A stretch of DNA of 64,000 nucleotides. It comes from an uncultured Candidatus Saccharibacteria bacterium (GTDB lineage Bacteria; Patescibacteriota; Minisyncoccia; Minisyncoccales; CAYZYK01). The notes under the pieces are model-generated. The model saw nothing but the letters and a program-made list of their open reading frames with translations. It had not been told where the DNA came from and did not search any database. Below, in pieces: positions 10,477 through 19,399 of this stretch. Position 1 is the first letter of the stretch. Every line of letters begins with the position of its first letter. The stretch spans positions 33,912 to 97,911 of the forward strand of contig CAZDPT010000001.1 in assembly GCA_964507665.1 (NCBI GenBank), given 5' to 3'. Position numbers and translations under genes: made by a program.

Positions 10477-10929
10477 ATGAAAAGGAGTCTATTTATTTTC
10501 ATTCTTATCTGTAATATTTTTTTGGTCTCTAATATTTTTCTTATTTTTCAGCTTGAAGGTAATAATACAGAAGAACTTTTCAGTAATTCATCCTCCTTTT
10601 TAAAAGATATCTTTACAGCAGAGAAGATTTTTGCTCAAGATGGAGATGGAGAACCTATTCCACCAAAAAAAGAAATTCCTTGGACTGGTAGCACAACTTT
10701 AAATAATATTTTTTTAGGTATCGCAACCTGGATAGTTAGAATTGGAGTAACAGTTACGGTAGTTATGTTTCTTTGGGCTGCTATATTATTTGCTACAGCT
10801 GCTGGAGACCCGACCAAACTCTCCCAAGCAAAAAAAGCTGTAATTTGGGGTTTGGCTGGAGGAATAATAGTTTTTCTTTCTCAAGTGATGAGCTGGATAG
10901 TTTATGAAATTACTGGTCTTTCCTGGTAA
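10477..10929 (+). CDS. TrbC/VirB2-like pilin 7 (extended N-terminus)
   Basis: MFLWAAILFATAAGDPTKLSQAKKAVIWG. Confidence 0.85.
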   Translation: MKRSLFIFILICNIFLVSNIFLIFQLEGNNTEELFSNSSSFLKDIFTAEKIFAQDGDGEPIPPKKEIPWTGSTTLNNIFLGIATWIVRIGVTVTVVMFLWAAILFATAAGDPTKLSQAKKAVIWGLAGGIIVFLSQVMSWIVYEITGLSW

Positions 10930-10983
10930 TAAATTTCTATTTTAAGATATAAAAAGGTTTGGAAAATTTATTTGAATCAAAGT

Positions 10984-11310
10984 ATGAAAAAAATCTTATC
11001 TATTATAATTATTTCTAGCATTTTCATTTCTCCTATTATTGTTTCAGCTGCTGATTTATTCGAGGTACCAGAGAAAACCTTAGAGAATGTAAAAACAACA
11101 GTTATAAATATATTAAAGGCTCTTGTTTGGACAGTAACCATAGTTATGTTCGTTTACGCTGGAATTTTATTTCTTACCTCAGCAGGAGCTCCAGATAAAC
11201 TCGGAAAAGCAAAAAAAGCGTTTATTTGGGGAATAGGGGGAGTAATAGTGATTGGAATAGGTTTTGCAATAGAAACCATTGTAAGTGAATTGTTTGGTTT
11301 AAGTTTCTAA
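10984..11310 (+). CDS. TrbC/VirB2-like pilin 8
   Basis: ATG at 10984 (MKKILS) preferred over TTG 10972; MFVYAGILFLTSAGAPDKLGKAKKAFIWG. Confidence 0.85.
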   Translation: MKKILSIIIISSIFISPIIVSAADLFEVPEKTLENVKTTVINILKALVWTVTIVMFVYAGILFLTSAGAPDKLGKAKKAFIWGIGGVIVIGIGFAIETIVSELFGLSF

Positions 11311-11387
11311 ATTATTTTTATTGGGTACTTTTTATCTGTTTTGGAAATAAAAATTAATAATTCATAGAATAAAATTTTTCAAAAAAT

Positions 11388-11714
11388 ATGAATAAAATTT
11401 TATTAAATCTCAGTCTTACTATTCTTATCGTCAGCATTTTAGTTTTACCTTTTGAAGTTATCGCAGCAGGAGATAGTGGTATAACTGAGATTAAAAATAA
11501 AATTAAAGAATTAGGAAAACTAGCCTGGACTATTTTAGTTTCTTTAGCAGTAGTAATGTTTGTATATGCTGGAATTTTATTTCTGATATCTTCGGGATCT
11601 CCAGATAAACTCGGAAAAGCAAAAAAAACGTTTATTTGGGGAATTGCTGGGCTGATACTGGGTCTCTTAGCATTTTGGCTAGTAGAAATTATTTCAGGAA
11701 AGGCTGCTTGGTGA
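11388..11714 (+). CDS. TrbC/VirB2-like pilin 9
   Basis: MFVYAGILFLISSGSPDKLGKAKKTFIWG. Confidence 0.85.
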   Translation: MNKILLNLSLTILIVSILVLPFEVIAAGDSGITEIKNKIKELGKLAWTILVSLAVVMFVYAGILFLISSGSPDKLGKAKKTFIWGIAGLILGLLAFWLVEIISGKAAW

Positions 11715-11732
11715 AATAATTGAAGATTACAG

Positions 11733-11814
11733 GGGCGAGTGGCGGAATTGGAAGACGCGTACGGTTTAGGACCGTATCCTGAAAAGGTTGGGGGTTCGAG
11801 TCCCTCCTCGCCCA
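11733..11814 (+). tRNA. tRNA-Leu(TAG)
   Basis: Acceptor GGGCGAG/CTCGCCC, anticodon arm TACGG-TT TAG GA-CCGTA, long variable arm, GGTTCGAGTCC. Confidence 0.95.
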
Positions 11815-11824
11815 TACAAAAATT

Positions 11825-11852
11825 AAAACTCCAGTAAGTTTACTGGAGTTTT
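11825..11852. terminator. Bidirectional terminator
   Basis: AAAACTCCAGTAA-GT-TTACTGGAGTTTT between convergent tRNA-Leu and hsp20. Confidence 0.85.
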
Positions 11853-11873
11853 GTAGTTGAAAGACTTTATCTT

Positions 11874-12290
11874 TTATTTCAGATCTATTTCTTTTTTTTC
11901 GTCTTTTTGGAGTTTTGGCATTTTTATTTTAAGAATTCCATTTTCCATTGAAGCATCAATTTGGGAAGTATTTACATTTTGGGGGACAATTATTTTGCGA
12001 GAGAAGGGTCCCCAATAACATTCTTTGTAAAAATAATTTTTATCTTCAGTATCCACAGGATTTTCACGATCCCCTTTTATTAAAAGCATATCTTTTTCAA
12101 CGGAAATATCAATATCTTCTCTTGAAACTCCACCTGTGGCTGCCATTACAATAAAGTCTGTTTTTGTTTCATAGACATCAACTGCTAATTTCCCTTCTGT
12201 TTGAAGTATTCCTCTTTTTTTATTCTCTTTCTTTTTCTTTTTCGAACTGGATTTTTTTTGTTTGATTTTAATTTTTTTTGAAAAAAGCAT
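11874..12290 (-). CDS. Hsp20/alpha-crystallin small heat-shock protein
   Basis: LAVDVYET, YWGPFSRKI, ASMENGILKI.MPK. Confidence 0.92.
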   Translation of the reverse strand: MLFSKKIKIKQKKSSSKKKKKENKKRGILQTEGKLAVDVYETKTDFIVMAATGGVSREDIDISVEKDMLLIKGDRENPVDTEDKNYFYKECYWGPFSRKIIVPQNVNTSQIDASMENGILKIKMPKLQKDEKKEIDLK

Positions 12291-12346
12291 AATTTTTATT
12301 ATCTAAACACAGATTTTTATAGACTTTATTTATTTTGTAATCTAAA

Positions 12347-13066
12347 TTATTTAATTTTACAAATACTTTTTATTTTTTTGAGTTTCTTGAATCCACGAGA
12401 AACAAATAGAGCAAGAAAAATTAAGATAATGCTAGGAATAAGAATTTTAAGTGGTCCTTCTATTTCTATTATAGAAAAATTATAGAGACCGTGCAAAAGG
12501 ACAGCTATTGTTAATCCTGAGAATAAAAAAGTTTTTCTTTGTTTTAAAAAAGAAAGAGCTAAAAAATATCCTATTGTTCCCGAACATAAAGCGTGGAGAA
12601 ATGTTGCTGAGATAAAACGAAAGAGAGCAAGCCCTGTACTGGCTAGTAAATTAGGATAAATACTTAAGAAAATAAAGATATTTTCTAAAGTAGCAAATCC
12701 CAGAGCAGCAATTATCATATAAAGGATAACATCTACTGGTTCATCAAGTTGGGGATGTTTTAATACTCCCCATTTTACTGTTAAGTATTTTAATATTTCT
12801 TCGGTGAAGCCAACTATTATAAACCAATCAAAAATGAGGATAAAAAGGGTTAATAAATCAGATTTTATTATTTCCAAAAGAGAAACTAATTGACTTTCAA
12901 CTATTATCTCTATTAAAACCGCCACAATAGCTGCTAGCATACCATAGAAAAATATTTTCAAAATCATCTTGTTGGATTCAGGATGGACATCTTTTCTCAA
13001 GTAGAACAAAAGCCAGACCAAACTAGGTAAAAAACCGAGTAAAATAAAAGAGATGATTAGAAGCAT
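12347..13066 (-). CDS. PrsW-family intramembrane metalloprotease
   Basis: D.HPE, EEILKY, LGFATLEN, HAL and HGLYN motifs. Confidence 0.9.
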   Translation of the reverse strand: MLLIISFILLGFLPSLVWLLFYLRKDVHPESNKMILKIFFYGMLAAIVAVLIEIIVESQLVSLLEIIKSDLLTLFILIFDWFIIVGFTEEILKYLTVKWGVLKHPQLDEPVDVILYMIIAALGFATLENIFIFLSIYPNLLASTGLALFRFISATFLHALCSGTIGYFLALSFLKQRKTFLFSGLTIAVLLHGLYNFSIIEIEGPLKILIPSIILIFLALFVSRGFKKLKKIKSICKIK

Positions 13067-13112
13067 AAAATTATTAGTGGCAATTTAGTGTACTTTATTG
13101 GTTCTTCCCTGT

Positions 13113-15299
13113 TTATTTTTCAATTGACTGGGGCCATTTTTCAACTAATAGTAATTTTTTTTCTTCAATTGGTAGTTTCTGATAAAGTTCTTCTGTAATG
13201 AAAGGGCAGAAAGGATGTAGAAGCTTAAGAGAGATTACTGAGACATATAGTAATATTTTTTCTGTATTCTTTCTCTGCTCTTCATTTTTTAGTTGGGGTT
13301 TACTCTGTTCAATATAGTTGTCACAGAAATCATGCCAGAAAAAATCATAAAGTTTATGAGCTGCTTGACCGAACTCAAACCTTTCTAAATCTTTATCTAC
13401 TTGATTTATAGTCTTGTTTAATTTTTTAATTACTTTTCTATCTGCTTCTGTTAGAATTTTAAAACCTGAAACTTGATTAAGATTTTTGAATTTTGAGTTA
13501 GATTTTTCAATATTTTCTAAGAGAAACCTGGTAGCATTCCAAATCTTGTTACAGAATTTTTCTCCCATAGTAATATTATCTTCAACAAAACGAATATCCT
13601 GCCCGCCCATAATTTGGTAGGCGATACCGAATCTAGTGGCATCAGCGCCATATTTCTCTATTAATTTAATAGGATCAATTCCAGTTCCTAATGATTTTGA
13701 CATTCTTTTTCCTTCCTGAGTCAAGATTGTAGCATGAATTATTACATCTGAGAATGGAATTTTTTTCATAAACTCTTCTCCTGAAAATATCATTCTTGTT
13801 ACCCAAAGATTGATTATATCTCGAGCTGTACTCAAAACATTAGTGGGATAAAATTTCTTCAAATCTTTTGTTTCTTTAGGCCACCCTAAGGTTGCAAAGG
13901 GCCAGAGAGCAGAACTGAACCAGGTATCTAAAACATCAGTTACTTGTTTTGGTTCACATTTTCCACAAATTTTACATTCTTTTGGGTTTTTTATTGAAGC
14001 AAAGAATCTTTTTTTCATTTTTGCTGTTTTTTTTGCGTTTTGACATTCCCAGATGGGCATTCTGTGTCCCCACCAAATTTGTCTTGATATACACCAATCT
14101 CGGACTTTCTCTAGCCAATTGAAATATAATTTTTTAAAGTTTGAGGGATGAAATTTTATTTCCCCTTTTTTAACAGGATTCTTTGCTGTTTCTGCTAACT
14201 TGTCCATTTTTAAGAACCACTGCCAGGAAGGAATGAATTCAATTGTAGTTCCGCACCTGTAACACTTTGGAATTTTATGAATGTGAGATTCTGTTTTTTC
14301 TAGAAGTTCTTTCTTTTTGAGATCTTTTATAATCTTCTCTCTTGCTTTTTCAACTTCAAGATTTTGGTATTTTTTTGGTGCTTTTTTTGTAATTTTTCCT
14401 TCTTTGTCTATAACTTGAATTATTTCTAAATTATGTTTCTTTCCTATTTTATAATCGGTGAAATCATGAGCTGGAGTTACTTTAACTGCTCCTGTTCCGA
14501 ACTCAGGATCAACTAAAATGTCTTTAATGATAGGAATTTCTCTTTCAACTAGAGGTAAAATTACCTTTTCTCCTATTATATCTTTGTATCTTTTATCTTT
14601 TGGATTAACAGCAACAGCAGTATCTCCAAGCATCGTTTCGGGGCGAGTTGTTGCTACTGTAATATGACCTACCTTGTTTTTAAAAGGATAATGGATATGC
14701 CATAATTTCCCTTTTTTTTCTTCGTGTTCTAGTTCTAAATTAGATAAACTGGTGGCGCATCGGGGGCACCAATTAACAACCCTTTTACCTCGTCTTATTA
14801 AACCTTTTTTGAAATAATGAACAAAGGCTTGTTTTACTGCTTTGCTGTAATCTTCATCCATTGTAAACCTTGTTCTTGACCAATCACAAGAACTCCCCAG
14901 TTTTTTTAATTGCTTTAAGATAATATTTCCATATTTTTCTTTCCATTTCCAAACTTCTTTTATGAATTTTTTTCTTCCTAAATCAAAGCGAGTTTTACCT
15001 TCTTTTTTTAATTTTTTTTCCACTACATTCTGGGTGGCGATTCCAGCATGGTCGGTTCCCGGCAACCAGAGAGTTTTGTAACCTTCCATTCTTTTTTTTC
15101 TGATTAAAACATCTTGGATTACAGCGTTTAAAGCGTGCCCCATGTGTAACTTACCCGTAACATTAGGTGGGGGGATAGTAATACAAAAACCCTCCTTTTT
15201 ACCAGGGCAATTATCTGGATTAAAAAAACCAGATTCTTCCCACTTCTTATAGATTCTCTTCTCTACTTTTTTTGGATTGTAGGTTTTTGGAAGTTCCAT
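13113..15299 (-). CDS. valS: Valine--tRNA ligase (short form, no C-terminal coiled coil)
   Basis: PPPNVTGKLHMGH, DWCISRQIWWGH, RMSKS. Confidence 0.97.
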   Translation of the reverse strand: MELPKTYNPKKVEKRIYKKWEESGFFNPDNCPGKKEGFCITIPPPNVTGKLHMGHALNAVIQDVLIRKKRMEGYKTLWLPGTDHAGIATQNVVEKKLKKEGKTRFDLGRKKFIKEVWKWKEKYGNIILKQLKKLGSSCDWSRTRFTMDEDYSKAVKQAFVHYFKKGLIRRGKRVVNWCPRCATSLSNLELEHEEKKGKLWHIHYPFKNKVGHITVATTRPETMLGDTAVAVNPKDKRYKDIIGEKVILPLVEREIPIIKDILVDPEFGTGAVKVTPAHDFTDYKIGKKHNLEIIQVIDKEGKITKKAPKKYQNLEVEKAREKIIKDLKKKELLEKTESHIHKIPKCYRCGTTIEFIPSWQWFLKMDKLAETAKNPVKKGEIKFHPSNFKKLYFNWLEKVRDWCISRQIWWGHRMPIWECQNAKKTAKMKKRFFASIKNPKECKICGKCEPKQVTDVLDTWFSSALWPFATLGWPKETKDLKKFYPTNVLSTARDIINLWVTRMIFSGEEFMKKIPFSDVIIHATILTQEGKRMSKSLGTGIDPIKLIEKYGADATRFGIAYQIMGGQDIRFVEDNITMGEKFCNKIWNATRFLLENIEKSNSKFKNLNQVSGFKILTEADRKVIKKLNKTINQVDKDLERFEFGQAAHKLYDFFWHDFCDNYIEQSKPQLKNEEQRKNTEKILLYVSVISLKLLHPFCPFITEELYQKLPIEEKKLLLVEKWPQSIEK

Positions 15300-15337
15300 A
15301 TCTGTTATTTTAACACAGACAACACGATTATTAAATT

Positions 15338-16492
15338 TTACCTTATTCTCAAATTCGATTCAGCTTTTATTTTTTGCCAGGGAGTTTTATTTTCTTTGTG
15401 AAAAAATCCCGTGACCGCTGTCATTACTGCATTATCTCCTGAATATTTAATATTCGGAATTAATAATTTTGTTTCCGGAATATCTTTTTTTATTTTTTGT
15501 TTAAATTGTTTTCTTAATCCTTTATTGGCTGTAACACCACCACCCAAAAAAATACTTTTTGTTCTGTAATTTTTTGCTGCTCTGATTGTTTTTTTAATTA
15601 AAACATCAATTATTGCCTGCTGGATTTCTTTTGCTGCTTCTGTTATATATTGTTTTGATTTTCTTTGTTTTTGTTTTCTTTTTTTGAAATCATACAAGAC
15701 AGCAGTTTTTAATCCAGAGAAACTAAAATCATAATTTTTACTGTTAATCATTGGTCTCGGCAATTTTATATCAAATTCTACTTTCTTGTTCCATTGTTTT
15801 GCTTTCTTTTCAATAGCTGGTCCTCCAGGATAAGGAAGACCTAAAATCCTTGCTGTTTTATCAAAACATTCACCTGCTGCATCATCTCTTGTTTCACCGA
15901 TTATCTTGTAATTCCCGATCTCTTTCATTAGAATTAATTGAGTATGTCCTCCACTGACTACAAGAGAAATCGCAGGAAATAATTCTTTTTTTACCTTCTC
16001 TTCAATAAAATTTGAGAGAATATGGGATTCAATATGATTTACCGAGACAACAGGCAAATTCCAAGTAAGTGATAAAACTCTAGTAAAATTAATTCCTACC
16101 CAGAGACAGGGATCAAGTCCAGGACCCTGGGTTATTGCAATTAAGTTAATTTTTGGTTTTTTGTAGGTTTTTAAAAACTTTTCCAGATTATCAAAAAGAT
16201 ATTTTTCTCTTTTTAGAATCTGTTTAATTTTCTTTTCTTTTAATTTTCTTTTGTTTTTTAATTTAGAAAGAAGTTTTGCTTTTTTTAATGATTTTTCAAG
16301 AACCGGAATTAAGTTTTTTTGATGCTCTCTTTTAGCTAAAGTAGGATAGACTCCACCGTATTTTTTGTGAATTTTAACTTGTGAGGAAATGATGTTTGAT
16401 AAAACTTTAAAATGACCCCTTTTGTTTTTGGGGGTTTCAATTATAGTAACACAGGTATCATCACAAGAGGTTTCAATGCCTAAAATTTTCAT
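15338..16492 (-). CDS. tsaD: tRNA t6A threonylcarbamoyltransferase TsaD
   Basis: MKILGIETSCDDT (ATG at 16492), NHIESH, VSGGHT, DDAAGECFDK, FSFSGLKT. Confidence 0.96.
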   Translation of the reverse strand: MKILGIETSCDDTCVTIIETPKNKRGHFKVLSNIISSQVKIHKKYGGVYPTLAKREHQKNLIPVLEKSLKKAKLLSKLKNKRKLKEKKIKQILKREKYLFDNLEKFLKTYKKPKINLIAITQGPGLDPCLWVGINFTRVLSLTWNLPVVSVNHIESHILSNFIEEKVKKELFPAISLVVSGGHTQLILMKEIGNYKIIGETRDDAAGECFDKTARILGLPYPGGPAIEKKAKQWNKKVEFDIKLPRPMINSKNYDFSFSGLKTAVLYDFKKRKQKQRKSKQYITEAAKEIQQAIIDVLIKKTIRAAKNYRTKSIFLGGGVTANKGLRKQFKQKIKKDIPETKLLIPNIKYSGDNAVMTAVTGFFHKENKTPWQKIKAESNLRIR

Positions 16493-16581
16493 AAATCCGA
16501 AAAGAGTAAAAAACAAGTAATATTTATATTACTTGAGAAATTGATTTTTTTCAATTTTTAAGTTAAGATTAAGATATTGTT

Positions 16582-16653
16582 GGCCCTATCGTCTAACGGA
16601 AAGGACACTTGATTTTCAATCAAGCAATAGGGGTTCGATTCCCCTTGGGGCCA
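16582..16653 (+). tRNA. tRNA-Glu(TTC)
   Basis: GGCCCTA/TGGGGCC acceptor, CTTGA-TT TTC AA-TCAAG, GGTTCGATTCC. Confidence 0.95.
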
Positions 16654-16654
16654 C

Positions 16655-17343
16655 ATGAATCCCAGAAACAAAAGTAAATACAAAAAGGCATTTAACTTAC
16701 GAGTTAAAGGAAAAAGTTATGGAGAAATAAAAGAAGCTTTAGGAATTCCCAAAAGCACGCTTAGTAGTTGGTTTAAGAACCTGAAATTGCCTAAATCCGC
16801 TCAAAAAATCCTTAAGAAGAAAGACAAAAAAGGTAGAAAAAATTATTAGAATTTAATAAAAAACGTAGTCAGAGAATCCGCCTTGAGAACCAAAGAATAA
16901 GAAAAAATGCTGCTAATAAAATCAAATCTTTTTCAAAATATGAACTGTTGTTGATCGGAAGTGCTCTCTATTGGGCAGAAGGATATAAAAAACAACAAAA
17001 CACAAACTCGCCTTGTATCTGCTTTGCGAACTCTGATCCAGCAATGATTCTTTTATTTCTTCGCTTTCTTCGCGAAATTATTGAAGTTCCCGAAAAAAGA
17101 ATAAGGTTATCAATTCAAATACATCCAAATCTTGACAAAAAATCTATTGTCAATTTTTGGGCGAGCATCACTGATATTTCTCAAGAACGGATTAGAACCA
17201 AGAGATGTAAGAGTCGGGCGAGCAAGGGAAAACGTCCTAAAAACACCCTTCCCTATGGGACAGCAGATGTAAGAGTTAGTAAGCGTCAATATTTTTTCAA
17301 GATTAGGGGATGGATTGATGGGATTAAAAAATTCAATACTTGA
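16655..17343 (+). pseudogene. HTH + LAGLIDADG-like protein split by a frameshift at A6 (16837-16842)
   Basis: ORF 16655..16849 (KSYGEIKEALGIPKSTLSSW HTH) continues in the -1 frame (LLEFNKKRSQRIR...) into ORF 16948..17343 (LYWAEG, FANSDPAMI). Confidence 0.75.
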
Positions 17344-17369
17344 AATAAGTTGATTGGTCTTATTATCTT

Positions 17370-18929
17370 ATGCCCAAAAAATATTTAGAAATAGCCCATG
17401 CTTCAGATTTCAAAGATTTAAGAAGAAGAAAGATTTATCGTTTCTTTGAAATGATTCCGGGAGTCTTAAGTTTGGGAACTCTTATCGGAGTTCTCTTTTT
17501 TTCTTGGATTTTACCTTCTTTTGTGGCAATTTTTATAATTCTTTTTTGTCTCTTTTATCTTTGTAAAATCTGTTATCTTTCAATTCATCAGATAATTACT
17601 TATATTAAGATGAAAAAGAATCTAAGAATTGACTGGCTAAGTAAACTTAAAAAATTAAAAACTAAGAACTGGGAAAACATTTATCATTTAATAGTTTTAC
17701 CAACTTACAAAGAAAAAAAGAAAATTATTAAGGACAGTTTGAACGCTTTGGTAAAATCAGATTATCCAAAAGAAAAGATGATAGTAGTTTTGGGAGTTGA
17801 AGAGAGGGCAGGCAAACAAGCTTTGCGAGGAGCTGAAGAGATAGAAAAAAAATACAAGAACAAATTTTATAAGTTTTCAATTACGGTTCACCCAAAAGAC
17901 ATTCCTGGCGAGGTAGCAGGAAAAGGTTCTAATGAAAGATGGGCAGTAAAAAAAGCCCATCAGAAGATAATTGATAAAGAAAAAATTCCCCATAAAGACA
18001 TTGTTGTTTCTAGTTTTGATATTGATACCAAAGTTTACCCAAAATACTTTTCTTGTTTGACATATCATTTTTTGACGACAAAAAACCCCCATAAAACAAG
18101 TTATCAACCCATCCCAGTTTATAATAACAATATTTGGCAAGTACCTGCTTTCAGTAGAGTAGTAGCAACTTCTAACACTTTCTGGCAGATGGTTCAACAA
18201 GGAAGGCCAGAAAAACTCGTTACTTATTCTTCTCACTCAATGCCCTTTCGGGTCTTTGAAGAAGTAGGATATCCTAATAATATGGTCTCTGATGATTCAA
18301 GGATTTTTTGGAAATCATATCTTCATTATAATGGAGATTATAAGGCTCTGCCCTTATATTATCCTGTTTCAATGGATGCTGTTTTAACCGATTCTCTTTT
18401 AAAAACAATAATCAATCAATACAAGCAACAAAGAAGGTGGGCTTGGGGATGTGAGGAGATTCCTTATTTGATATATGGCTTTTTGAGAAATAAAAAAATA
18501 TCTTTCTGGAATAAATTAAAACATCTTCTTGCTGTAATTGATGGTTTTTGGTCCTGGGCAACCTCTACCCTTTTAATTTTTATTCTAGGATGGTTGCCTT
18601 TAATTTTAGGAGGAGAACGATTTAGCACAAGTTTACTCTCCTATAATCTTCCCAGGTTAACTGGAAGAATTATGACTTTTGCTATGATTGGAATGGTTGT
18701 TTCTGCTATCTTAAGTATGCTTCTTTTGCCTTCCCGGCCTCAAGGAATTAAAAGAACAAAATATATCTCTTTATTTTTACAATGGCTTCTTTTACCTATT
18801 ACTTTAATATTTTTTGGGTCTTTTCCAGCTCTGGATGCTCAAATTCATTTAATGATTGGTAAGTATATGGGTTTTTGGGTTACCGAGAAATCTCGCTATC
18901 CCAGAAGCAGAAAACAACCAGAAGAATGA
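17370..18929 (+). CDS. Membrane GT2-family glycosyltransferase
   Basis: LPTYKE, GKGSN, FDID, SDD, QQRRWAWG (QxxRW) motifs; flanking TM helices. Confidence 0.9.
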   Translation: MPKKYLEIAHASDFKDLRRRKIYRFFEMIPGVLSLGTLIGVLFFSWILPSFVAIFIILFCLFYLCKICYLSIHQIITYIKMKKNLRIDWLSKLKKLKTKNWENIYHLIVLPTYKEKKKIIKDSLNALVKSDYPKEKMIVVLGVEERAGKQALRGAEEIEKKYKNKFYKFSITVHPKDIPGEVAGKGSNERWAVKKAHQKIIDKEKIPHKDIVVSSFDIDTKVYPKYFSCLTYHFLTTKNPHKTSYQPIPVYNNNIWQVPAFSRVVATSNTFWQMVQQGRPEKLVTYSSHSMPFRVFEEVGYPNNMVSDDSRIFWKSYLHYNGDYKALPLYYPVSMDAVLTDSLLKTIINQYKQQRRWAWGCEEIPYLIYGFLRNKKISFWNKLKHLLAVIDGFWSWATSTLLIFILGWLPLILGGERFSTSLLSYNLPRLTGRIMTFAMIGMVVSAILSMLLLPSRPQGIKRTKYISLFLQWLLLPITLIFFGSFPALDAQIHLMIGKYMGFWVTEKSRYPRSRKQPEE

Positions 18930-18963
18930 AAAAGCAGTTAGTCCAGAAACTCAAGAAAGAAGA

Positions 18964-19033
18964 TTTATTCAAAATGAATCCTTTTTTCAAATTGTTTTAC
19001 CCTTTGTTTAAGAGCAGGGTATTTTTTTAGTTT
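18964..19033 (-). repeat. Orphan copy of the recG 3' end (direct repeat of 19886..19955)
   Basis: 63/70 nt identical by manual alignment; encodes KLKKYPALKQRVKQFEKRIHFE* vs recG KLKKYPALKKRVKQFEKKIHFE*. Confidence 0.9.
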
Positions 19034-19053
19034 TTTGGATAGAGCGGATTTAT

Positions 19054-19101
19054 TTGACAACAAAGTTAACCTATGTTAGCTTACTAAACAAAGGTTAACT
19101 T
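19054..19101 (+). promoter_or_regulatory. TA-module promoter with operator inverted repeat
   Basis: TTGACA-17bp-TAGCTT overlapped by AAGTTAACCT (19063) / AGGTTAACTT (19092). Confidence 0.75.
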
Positions 19102-19117
19102 AGGTTAAAAACAAAAT

Positions 19118-19399
19118 ATGACAAACAAAAGCAAAAAAGCAAAAAAGCAAAAATTTTTGTCTACCACTGAATTAGCTGAGATTTTAGGTATCAGCCGGAT
19201 TGCAGTTTACAAGAAAATAAAAAAGGGAGAAATTAAAGCTCAAAAAATAGCAGGTAATTATGCTATCGATAAGAAAGATTTAGGGGGTATTTTAAAAGAA
19301 GAATTATCTCAAAAAGAAAAAGCAGAAATTGAAGAGGTAGTTGATAAGGTGGTTGAAGATTACGGTGAAACCCTTAAATTGTTATCTCGAAATGATTAA
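19118..19399 (+). CDS. Excisionase-like HTH protein, putative antitoxin of Doc
   Basis: FLSTTELAEILGISRIAVYKKIKKGEIKA HTH; C-terminal YGETLKLL resembles the tails of Doc-associated antitoxins. Confidence 0.8.
   Translation: MTNKSKKAKKQKFLSTTELAEILGISRIAVYKKIKKGEIKAQKIAGNYAIDKKDLGGILKEELSQKEKAEIEEVVDKVVEDYGETLKLLSRND

Noticed and set aside
8290-11714. Diversity-generating retroelement (TR/VR) explanation for the near-identical pilin repeats
   Set aside because: Mismatches are not adenine-specific and no reverse transcriptase gene is in the window.
11354-11815. 153-aa minus-strand ORF
   Set aside because: Antisense to pilin 9 and tRNA-Leu; its N-terminus is just the translated tRNA complement.
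19341-19391. TTG-start extension of the Doc ORF
   Set aside because: ATG at 19392 overlapping the antitoxin stop gives typical TA coupling and a typical Doc length.
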